Origin: Paramoeba atlantica
Taxonomy: Eukaryota; Protista; Discosea
Assembly: GCA_977017575.1 (NCBI GenBank)
Contig: CDRNVI010000019.1
Span: forward strand, 62,001 to 126,000
Reading direction: 5' to 3'
DNA: 64,000 nt
The translations under genes were made by a program, and so were the position numbers. Positions 42,881 through 51,518 of the stretch are shown piece by piece (within the stretch, counting starts at the first letter, position 1; each line of letters starts with the position of its first letter). Under the pieces are notes generated by a model that ran no database searches, had not been told where the DNA came from, and saw only the letters and a list, made by a program, of their open reading frames with translations.

Positions 42881-43720
42881 TTATCCAGAGCTCCTCAACG
42901 CAAACATCCAAGCAGGGTATAACTCCCTTGGCCACGGAGATTGCAATCGTTGATACACAACACTTAATCCAGCTTTACTAAAAAGCTTTAAAAAGTGCTC
43001 GTGTGTTCGAACTATAGTGCTCTCGTCCATATCCACGTCATCATCTTCTCCCATGGCGACGTTGTCCTTAACAAAAATAAAAGGTTGACCTGTGTGAACA
43101 GCTGAAGACTCAAAAGAGTTCTCCACATCATTTGAAATATCATTTTGATGCAACTCAGAATCACACAGCGCTTTGCGGCATTGCATAAAGAAGGTTACGA
43201 AATCTTGGTCTGTGAGTAGTAAAGAGACCCAATGCACCAGAACACAATTGTATCTACCACGCTCTAATTTCACATTCTGCAAAGACACTGGATAGCAATT
43301 CCCAATCCGCTCGCTGGGTACGCTTTTTTTAGCCTTTCGCAAAAACTGCTCGCACGGTTCCACTAAATCTATGATGTGATATTGTGACAACAGTAAAACT
43401 TCCGTCAGTCGTCCGATACCACACCCACAATCTATCGCAATCCCACGTTCCATTTGTCGTGTGCATACGGTACTCTTTTCAACGGTTTCTCTCAACACAG
43501 CCTTAGTTTCTTGTAGAAAACAGCGCGAGTCTATGACGTCCATGTTGTGTACATCTTCTCGCCCACCCAACATTCCGCTATTGGTAGGCTTTACTCTGTT
43601 CCAGTAGCGCAAACTGTTGCCGTACCATTTCACTGAAAGGGAGACTTGGTTGTTATCTACATTTTTTTCCTGATTCTTCAGATTTCGATGCTCTGTATAC
43701 CGACTCTCATTCGAATCCAT
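42881..43720 (-). CDS. NTMT1: Alpha-N-terminal protein methyltransferase (NTM1/NTMT1)
   Basis: Y...YW..V.PT..GMLGG, DCGCGIGR.T, DLVEP, HW...LTD.D, KDN, D...I.R; ATG at 43720. Confidence 0.9.
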   Translation of the reverse strand: MDSNESRYTEHRNLKNQEKNVDNNQVSLSVKWYGNSLRYWNRVKPTNSGMLGGREDVHNMDVIDSRCFLQETKAVLRETVEKSTVCTRQMERGIAIDCGCGIGRLTEVLLLSQYHIIDLVEPCEQFLRKAKKSVPSERIGNCYPVSLQNVKLERGRYNCVLVHWVSLLLTDQDFVTFFMQCRKALCDSELHQNDISNDVENSFESSAVHTGQPFIFVKDNVAMGEDDDVDMDESTIVRTHEHFLKLFSKAGLSVVYQRLQSPWPRELYPAWMFALRSSG

Positions 43721-43989
43721 TTCTTCTCTCAACAGGTTTGTAGAATAGTTCTTTTAGAATAGTTCAATGTACAACTGTAGTGCCCATGCAGTGTAGACAA
43801 GACATACAGGACCGGACAGGACATACTGTACACTTGTCCACAGATATTATACATGTATAATACTGAGGTAAGAAAGGCGTGTATATTAATACAGATGTTA
43901 ACTTGATATGCGTTACTAGTACCTAGAAACTTCGGCCATGTAAAACACTGAAAGGTTGTAGAATAGATTGTAGAACGTCAAGGTTGCCT

Positions 43990-44409
43990 TCATTTTGTAC
44001 GCTCTCTAGCGTGATGTCGCAGATAGTCATTATCTTTGGAGCGTTCCCAACGGTATTTGGCATCATCGGTTTGGCGAAAATGATCCTGTGTCATAATGGA
44101 ATAGTTTCTCTCTAGGTTTCGAAGACTCCAAGCATCTTGTCTGTTATCCAAATCGCCAAGCGATATCATACTATAAACTCCTGATCGCTTTCCACTTTCA
44201 ACGGGTTCCGGTTTCAGTTCATATTCCCGATTTGAAAGGTGGCTCACGACAATATTTCCATAGACGCGGTGATGATAATAGTAAGCCAATCCACAAGTCG
44301 CAAACAAAGCAGCCCATCCTTTTAGTGGATTATGTTTAAACCACTCTGCTCGACGAAATAGCGACCGTTCAATCCTTCCACCTATTGGTACTCGTTTTAA
44401 ATCAGTCAT
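43990..44409 (-). CDS. Small single-pass membrane protein, probably mitochondrial; family unknown
   Basis: 139 aa from the ATG at 44409, with one hydrophobic segment (WAALFATCGLAYYY) after a basic N-terminus. Confidence 0.6.
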   Translation of the reverse strand: MTDLKRVPIGGRIERSLFRRAEWFKHNPLKGWAALFATCGLAYYYHHRVYGNIVVSHLSNREYELKPEPVESGKRSGVYSMISLGDLDNRQDAWSLRNLERNYSIMTQDHFRQTDDAKYRWERSKDNDYLRHHARERTK

Positions 44410-44609
44410 CAGTCGAGGCAAATCACATAACGATATTTATAGACTCAATAAGAAAGAAAAGAATGACAGCTAACAAGAAAATATTGTCCCCCTTTTTACG
44501 TAAGTTACTTTCATCTACGCAACATTACTTTCATTTATACATTCATCTTCGCATGATGCCAATTAAACACCAATCCGTAAGGAAAAAAGCCGAAAACTAG
44601 CTCATTTTC

Positions 44610-44703
44610 CCAGGGGTCTCTATGAAAAAAAGGCGGCAAAGCTCTTCGCTAGCGAAACGAGATCTCTCCAACGCTGCAAAAATGAGCAAAAGCGGTTAAA
44701 AAA
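44610..44703. repeat. Solo fragment of the 140-bp TIR family seen at 20069-20813
   Basis: caggggtctctatgaaaaaaaggcggcaaagctcttcgctag...gctgcaaaaatgag..aaa.cgg aligns with 20677-20770. Confidence 0.85.
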
Positions 44704-44927
44704 TTAAAATTTCCGCGGGGGGGGGGGCAAGATCAACTGAAATCACTGTATCTAGAGAGTTTGGGACCTCAGCTACCATTCTACGACGCTTTTTCCGTCA
44801 GATGCGCCTCCTACCCCTACTGGTCAGGCTTCAAAAACGGCCCAAATTTGGGTTTAAAGTTCGGATTTTTGGCCTAAAAATCGAGCACCCAAAAAAAAAT
44901 TAAATGCCTGATCATTTGGCAATTTTA

Positions 44928-45036
44928 CTTTTTTAGTCGCTTCGTTAAACGCGGAGGTAGTTTTCAACGCTAAGCGCAGCACGAGTGACTTCTGAGTTGA
45001 ATACAACCACCGCGTTTAACGAAGCGACTAAAAAAG
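44928..45036. repeat. Perfect 27-bp inverted repeat with 55-nt spacer
   Basis: cttttttagtcgcttcgttaaacgcgg (44928-44954) / ccgcgtttaacgaagcgactaaaaaag (45010-45036). Confidence 0.9.
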
Positions 45037-45957
45037 ATAAATTATTAACCAGGCTAAAGTGGACGAGGGAGACACTAAAGACACCTTTGGAAACAAACCT
45101 GGAACGGTATCTCCAGTTAAAGATCCTTTTGTCACATCAGAATGCTCTACAAACCGGGAGATACGGTTCCAGTTTTGTGGTAGTTTGCCAAAGGTGCATT
45201 TAGTATCTTCCTCGTCCACTTTAGCCTGGGTTACATAGCCATCGAAACATGCTCCCCAGGACTCCTTACAACTTCCCACGCGAGGAAGGCGTCGTCGCCC
45301 CGGCAAAAAGACAGAAGGCTCCGCCTTCTGCCTTTTCGCCTTGCGCCTCCTCCTTCCTCTACGGCCTAATCCCCGCCAAGTTTGGGACAAAAGCGAACAA
45401 AATCTTTGGCGACCAATTAATATAAGGTATCAGTTGTGTGTTAAAAAAGGTGTGTTAAAAGTGGTTTTATGGTAAGGTGTGAGGAGGGACCCCGCCCTCC
45501 ATGGAAAGTGTAAAGTTGTTAAAGTTGGCCGATCTCGGTTCACGCGAGTGCAAAATTCGGGCAAAAAGCCGTCAAAATTTCTGACAAACAATTAATATAC
45601 GGTAGCGAGGGAGTAGTATCTCCCTCAATAATTAACTCGAAGTCTTAGAGTTTCTGATGCATTCTCAAATTCAATTCTTTTTGTTCCCTTGTGAACATAC
45701 AAGGGTTGGCTGTAAAATTATTAATCACCGGGTAGAGATTAAACCAAGTAGAGTGGGTTGCCAGCGAATAACGTAGAAAACAGGACCAACGAGTTAGAGG
45801 TAGTGAACAACCAGTAAAAGCAATGAACAACCAGTAAAGGAAACTTTAAGTTATAAGTGTCGAGACTAACAGACTAGGAATAGAAGACGAAAATGGGGAA
45901 CAAAAAAAGAAATTTCTGACTGAGGAAAATATTATTTATGCAATTTAATTCGCTATT

Positions 45958-45996
45958 AAATTACCTATTACATTGGACCAATGTAATAGGTAATTT
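45958..45996. repeat. 39-nt palindrome (19-bp arms, 1-nt centre)
   Basis: aaattacctattacattgg-a-ccaatgtaataggtaattt. Confidence 0.95.
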
Positions 45997-46014
45997 GGTT
46001 TTACCAATTTGGTA

Positions 46015-46201
46015 CGAAGTGCCCCCTATCTTAGAGTTGCTCCCCCCCCTATCCTAGAGTTGACTGGTTTTGGAAAAAAGCAACGCTAGGAGGGGGGGGT
46101 CAAAAGAAAAGACAAAATCGCCGCTTCACGGCAAGAGACAGTCTAAAATGCAACGCTAATGAGGGGGGGTACCGAGGCAACGCTAGGATATGGGGGAATA
46201 G
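46015..46201. mobile_element. Degenerate MITE-like element between TA dinucleotides
   Basis: Left cccc.tatc(t/c)tagagttg x2 and right gcaacgcta x3 are inverse subterminal motifs. The right end GGGGGAATAG|TA resembles the 21610 family; the left terminus has diverged. Confidence 0.55.
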
Positions 46202-46270
46202 TATATTGTTCCCTTACGACAAACTAAAGAATACAGGAATAAGGAATACTGGCCGTATCATTATTATTAA

Positions 46271-47983
46271 TTATGTTTGTGAGACGGTATCAAGTCTTAT
46301 TGTATTGATACCGTCTTCTAAATGTTGAAATACGCTCAGCATGACTCGAGTGTCAGTGGAGCAATACTCCAGCAAGTGTTTTCTAGTATGGCTCACCCAT
46401 TTGGAAGATTGTTGACCGCTCATCCATATTTTATATGCTAAGCTTGCTTGCATACCATCGCGAATACCACCCGGAAGATTCTTGTAAGAGTGCTCAGGAA
46501 CTAAAATAGGTTGTATTCTTTTAAGGGAAGTTGAGCCCAGAAAACCTGGATGTCGATAATGCTGTTTAAAAGCTTTTTCCAAGTCCCAGAGTCTTTCGCG
46601 TATCGAAAGAAGAAAAGAACGTAGCCCTGCTGGTATGGTGTGAGTGGCGTTGCTCATTAATGTCAGGATAGATGCCTCAAAGGCTGCGTGATGACATATT
46701 ATACTGCCTTCAGAGTGCAAAATAGTTTGTAGCGCCTGAGCAATATTGACACGAGGGTCAGAGGTGGGTTCCGTTTCTGAGCCAAGATGTAGATATTCAT
46801 AGTGCTTGATTGGCGATCCCGATTCTGTTTGATAGTGTATAGATACTTGAAATGGAATGTGTTCGTACGGACGACAATTCCATGGCACAACAGGAATACT
46901 AATTGTTTCGAAATCTAAAAAATAGCGTGGATATGCGACCTTCTCAATGAGCTCCCGAATTCCTGACCAATCAACTACTGGCACCCCTTGACGCACAAGC
47001 TCTATGTGACTTTTTTGAAAAGGGGATAATTTCACCACCTCAGTGGTTCGCGTGTCCGCAACAGAAATTATGTTAGCTTCGCGAAGTTCGTGCAATTGGG
47101 CTGCTTTTATGCGAGGGATATGATAAATGCTATCCACTTTTTCGTAGTTTTCAGGGAAACACCTCTTCATGTAGATACATGGCGAAGGCTTTTTGCATCT
47201 CTGTCCAAGAAGGGAACTTGGATCATCGGGAGCATTGCTGAAAAATATCTTTCGAGCCTTTTCTATCTGCTCTTGACCAGAATTCAATAAATCGCGTACA
47301 TGATCAGTAATGTTCCATGGAACCAATAAGGTGTCTAAATTTAATTCCTTTACTGGCCCTTCGAAGTTTTTGTTTATTCCAAAAACTAGTTGACTTCTAA
47401 TCGGACAGTATTTACTGACGACGATGTGCGCAAAAGCAAATTTCAGAAGCGCATCTTTGTCTTCCGGCGGTTTAGTACCATAGGATAAGTGATAAACGTC
47501 GAAGCAATCATCCTGAGCATCATAATGCAGCCCATCAATATATGCTTGGATGTTGTCTTGCTTAACCGTAACTTGTAGCCAAAGGCGGTTTTTTGGAGAA
47601 GTGACACTCGGCTGTATGCTTTGTGCATCTAAGCTCGAAAAAAGCAATTCAAGTTCGGCATTTATTCCTTTAATAGGAAAAGACGTTCTCTTCGCTTTAC
47701 CTGCGTGTCTATGAGCATATCTATGACGATTCTTAGAGCATGTTTGCCTGAAAATGCTAAATAATTCATCTTCGCACCATGTGCGTACAAACTCTTGGGG
47801 AAGATCAACGACGTCTGAGTTCTGAGTAAGGTTAGTTTCATCTTTGTAGGGATCATGCAAATCAAACCATAAACGACGAGGACAACGCAATGCCTGATGA
47901 AAGAATCGTGAAGATAGAATCTCAGATACATCTAGGGCGAGACGCGTGTGCCAGACCATGCGAAGCATACACGTTTTTAACAT
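46271..47983 (-). CDS. DUF2779-domain putative nuclease (bacterial type) with presequence-like N-terminus
   Basis: LSSRFF..ALRCPRRLW, CxxPxPCxYxxxC, YFLDFET, PYE.IPFQ.S.H, DPR..IA..L, HAAFE, DL...F...Y.HP...GS.SLK.I.P.L.P, YC..DT. Confidence 0.8.
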   Translation of the reverse strand: MLKTCMLRMVWHTRLALDVSEILSSRFFHQALRCPRRLWFDLHDPYKDETNLTQNSDVVDLPQEFVRTWCEDELFSIFRQTCSKNRHRYAHRHAGKAKRTSFPIKGINAELELLFSSLDAQSIQPSVTSPKNRLWLQVTVKQDNIQAYIDGLHYDAQDDCFDVYHLSYGTKPPEDKDALLKFAFAHIVVSKYCPIRSQLVFGINKNFEGPVKELNLDTLLVPWNITDHVRDLLNSGQEQIEKARKIFFSNAPDDPSSLLGQRCKKPSPCIYMKRCFPENYEKVDSIYHIPRIKAAQLHELREANIISVADTRTTEVVKLSPFQKSHIELVRQGVPVVDWSGIRELIEKVAYPRYFLDFETISIPVVPWNCRPYEHIPFQVSIHYQTESGSPIKHYEYLHLGSETEPTSDPRVNIAQALQTILHSEGSIICHHAAFEASILTLMSNATHTIPAGLRSFLLSIRERLWDLEKAFKQHYRHPGFLGSTSLKRIQPILVPEHSYKNLPGGIRDGMQASLAYKIWMSGQQSSKWVSHTRKHLLEYCSTDTRVMLSVFQHLEDGINTIRLDTVSQT

Positions 47984-48141
47984 AATGCATACACAAACAT
48001 AATAATAATATAAATTATTTCTTGCCTTTCAGTCACTAAAGTACTGCTCTCTCGCTAAGTAAAAAAATAAAAGAATATTTATCGAAGACCACCTTAAAGT
48101 ATTTAGAGTACCTTTTGAAGCGCTCATTGTAGGGATGAACT

Positions 48142-49722
48142 TTAAAACACACTAGCGTTTGCAACTAACAATCTGAATTGTTGATGCATTTCCTCACACG
48201 AGGCATTCCACGAGATTTCTAGTACACCTTTTGATGTGTGCCGCAATAAGGCCTTTTCACTTTGTACTAGTATCAAGATTTGAGTAGAATCTGAGCATTG
48301 TTTCCATGAATTGGTAAGCTCGGAGTGAATTTTCTCCATTGATTCAAGAAAATGCTTAAAACATGACAAGTAGGCTGCTGATTGATCTTGTCTAAGACTA
48401 TTCCCAATTTCAACACTAAGTCTCGGAAAGTCTTTGCGCAACATACATAATAATGATTTGATGGAGCTCCAGTGTAACGCACGTTCAACAACAATGCCAC
48501 CTAGATCTCGAATAGCCCGTAGAACCTGTTCAACACTCACAGAAGGATCCATAATTAGACAGCCATTATCTGAAACTTCAACATTCCTCTTGACCGCAAC
48601 ATCACGCGCTACGCGCAACTCACGTGATACACGCAAAGTGACATGCAAAGAAAAAGCAGGATTTCTTAGAGTATCGTATCGCACCTGAGTGGCTCGAATT
48701 TTAGGCGCGGCGTTCAACATACTATCCGTAAAGGAGTATAGAACATCATTCTGTTCTGTTATAGATGGAATCAGGAACACTTCCCGAATCTGAAGTAAGC
48801 GTCTAATTTTGCTTGCCATGTGTTGAAGATGATCGAGCACTGGAGCATCTTCATGTCGATGCATGCGTGCTAGGTCTTGACATTCACGCCATTGACTTGC
48901 GGATAACGAAAAAAGAAAGCGATCTGCTGTTTTGATAGCTTCCATAGCAATGATGATACATCCATCAGGGGCAATAGAATGTACGCGTTCTAAAATTTTA
49001 ACTGTAGGGAAAGAAAAAACAAGAGTTACACCGGTTCGAATTGATTGTCCTCTCCAGTTATCATAAAGCTCCGAAATGTAAGACACTGCGTCGTGCAGAG
49101 CAGCTAGCTCTGTTGGTTGCATAAAGTAATGCCGAAAGGGAGTTAATCCACGACGGGCGTAAAATTCCTCATCAACGAGAGGTGAAGGTCGTATGGACTC
49201 GAGTTCCGGCTTTGACAAAGACATCGTCCTACCGGTGGGGGCTTCAACTATTATAAAGATTCCGTATCGGCGTAATTTTTCAACCGACTGATTAAGTAGA
49301 GGGCATATACTGTGGCCGGTTTCGGCATCAGAAGGAAAAATGCATAGTTTTTCCCATGGAAAAATAAAGTCATCTGTGACTCCCAACTTCCGAAACACGT
49401 TCCGAAGTCGAGCTTTCAAGAATGCAGGTGATTCCCCAAAGCGCAATTCCTCGAAAATTCGAGTCGCTTTTAATTCGTTAGTTTGGATATCTTTCGGGGA
49501 GGCTTCCGGAAACCAAAAGGTCAAGAGCACCTTGCGGCGTTGTTGATATGATTCACTGAACAGGGATGGATTTTTGCTTTGAAAAGACATCAAAAACCTG
49601 TCTAGAGCCATCATAGATTGAGTATTGACATATCGTTTCTCATCAAGAGCAACCGTTGCCACATTCCGAAGCTCAAGTACATTCTTCACGTGTTTTATAG
49701 TCGCCTCCCAGGAGCGTTTCAT
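48142..49722 (-). CDS. Hypothetical protein, weak resemblance to TCAIM/DUF4460 N-terminus
   Basis: 526-aa ORF on the coding strand. VNTQSMMALDRFL...LTFW recalls the DUF4460 VNE.SL..L..YL...L.FY pattern; the family call is tentative. Confidence 0.35.
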   Translation of the reverse strand: MKRSWEATIKHVKNVLELRNVATVALDEKRYVNTQSMMALDRFLMSFQSKNPSLFSESYQQRRKVLLTFWFPEASPKDIQTNELKATRIFEELRFGESPAFLKARLRNVFRKLGVTDDFIFPWEKLCIFPSDAETGHSICPLLNQSVEKLRRYGIFIIVEAPTGRTMSLSKPELESIRPSPLVDEEFYARRGLTPFRHYFMQPTELAALHDAVSYISELYDNWRGQSIRTGVTLVFSFPTVKILERVHSIAPDGCIIIAMEAIKTADRFLFSLSASQWRECQDLARMHRHEDAPVLDHLQHMASKIRRLLQIREVFLIPSITEQNDVLYSFTDSMLNAAPKIRATQVRYDTLRNPAFSLHVTLRVSRELRVARDVAVKRNVEVSDNGCLIMDPSVSVEQVLRAIRDLGGIVVERALHWSSIKSLLCMLRKDFPRLSVEIGNSLRQDQSAAYLSCFKHFLESMEKIHSELTNSWKQCSDSTQILILVQSEKALLRHTSKGVLEISWNASCEEMHQQFRLLVANASVF

Positions 49723-50830
49723 AAGGCCTTTAACCTAGAATCCCCTGATATTCCTAAATCGTTGACTCAAGGATATGTCATGTTCGTAGGATATGCCATG
49801 TCGGGTGGTTCATCTTACAGTAATAGCTTAAAAAGGGGCATAATGCGCATACTTTTGTAAATGTAAAACAGTATCCATGTGAATTCCTGTACAAAAGTGA
49901 CATCTTGTAATCGTGTTGACCATGAACAGGATTAACATTAGGCCTTCCTATGGTATTTAGCAAAAGGATGAAATGGTCAGAATTTCAATGATGTGTATTG
50001 GTTAAGTGTAGGAACTTCGTGAAAAGCGCCTTAGAATTTTGTTATACACATTTAAAATGTGATATTTTTGTTTTCTCCTCACTTCTTTATAAAGAAATCC
50101 TTACGTTTTACAGAATACCCATGTTGTATCGAATAATTTGCATACTGTACCCTCATTTATTATTGAGAGCTCACCCCCCGTAATAGGGGACTAAATAGGG
50201 GGACTAATGCCAGGCAAAGGTAGCAAGCAGCGTCTTTTCACCCTCTGACGATGTTCCCGAGTTAAAATGACAGGACTGCAAGATGGTTAAACGTGTTTGC
50301 CATTAGCAATTAAAATACTGACGAAGAAAATCATCATAAAGCCATTCCCATTATGAATGACGGAAGTATTTACATGACCCTTGAATATTGGTTTTACCTC
50401 AATTCCTTTCTTTCTCTATCAAGGATTCTTAGCTAGAGTCCTCGATCGATTAAAAACAGTGTCCCTTTGTGGCCTATCAGAGTTCCTCGCATATTTCCAG
50501 TAGCACTTGAACTATCAGCTTGCCCATTGGATTGTCGTGAAGAGCACATACATGTATTTGTTGTATAAAAGTCAAAAGTAAACTAGAACAATAAATAAGA
50601 ATAATTGTGCAACTTCCAATGAATAATGTGTGTTCAGTTTGACCAACACGCCGTATCTTAAGCAAATTTCCAGAACATTTTATCATAATACTTCGCTACA
50701 TGCATTCAGCATACTAGATTTAAAGCATACACTTCATTTACCATCCGATTTTTATCATGGACACTAATAGTTCTTGCTTACACATGAGCTTCTTAATCTT
50801 ACGTGCTTTCTCATTCCCCAAAATTCTTCT

Positions 50831-51223
50831 TTAATAGAAGAACCCCAAGATTTTTCCTCCGGTGTGGCGCTTTTTCGCTTCTTCATGATCCATGATTCCC
50901 AGAGATGTCGTAAGGACGAGATATCCAAATTGACGTGAAGGCAACAAGGAACCAACCCAGTGCTCGTACGCACCATGGGTGATATCATACCGAGGAGAAA
51001 TTACACCGACTTTATTTAAACGTCCGTTGAGATTAACCACTACTTTACCCCGACGGTGATCATCGATAATCTCAAAGTCTCCGATATAACCATGTTTTTG
51101 CATCACCTCAAGAAAACGCACAATCACTTTAGACGAAGGACGAATAAGCACTTGTCGTTTACCGCGGCGTTCCGCACTGCTAAGGTTTGATAGCGCGTTC
51201 CCCAAAGAAGACATTAACGTCAT
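50831..51223 (-). CDS. RPS15A: 40S ribosomal protein S15a (uS8)
   Basis: [56 protein letters not shown]...GIMDHEEA...GGKILGFFY. Confidence 0.98.
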   Translation of the reverse strand: MTLMSSLGNALSNLSSAERRGKRQVLIRPSSKVIVRFLEVMQKHGYIGDFEIIDDHRRGKVVVNLNGRLNKVGVISPRYDITHGAYEHWVGSLLPSRQFGYLVLTTSLGIMDHEEAKKRHTGGKILGFFY

Positions 51224-51518
51224 TTTCTTGATGGTTGTAAATATATTCCGAAAGTATGAACTCTGATTTGTTCGTAAATAATTTAATTCTCCAGTGTATC
51301 AAATTATAATCTGATGGTAGTCGTAACAATGATAACATCATTGAACACGCACTGTCAATGGGTGATTTAGATTAAAATTAGTAAATGTTTGGTCACATAT
51401 GATTGCTCTAAAGTTATTTGTATGTACACAATGTAGTACACAGATTCTTATCATGAAGACACATATTCTTAGGTATATTTTTAGGCCCGCTCGGCATGCA
51501 GTTCTAATTTGAAATCTA

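Noticed and set aside
50230-50340. Box C/D snoRNA (ATGATGA on the minus strand near 50335)
   Set aside because: No box D (CTGA) or terminal stem at a suitable distance.
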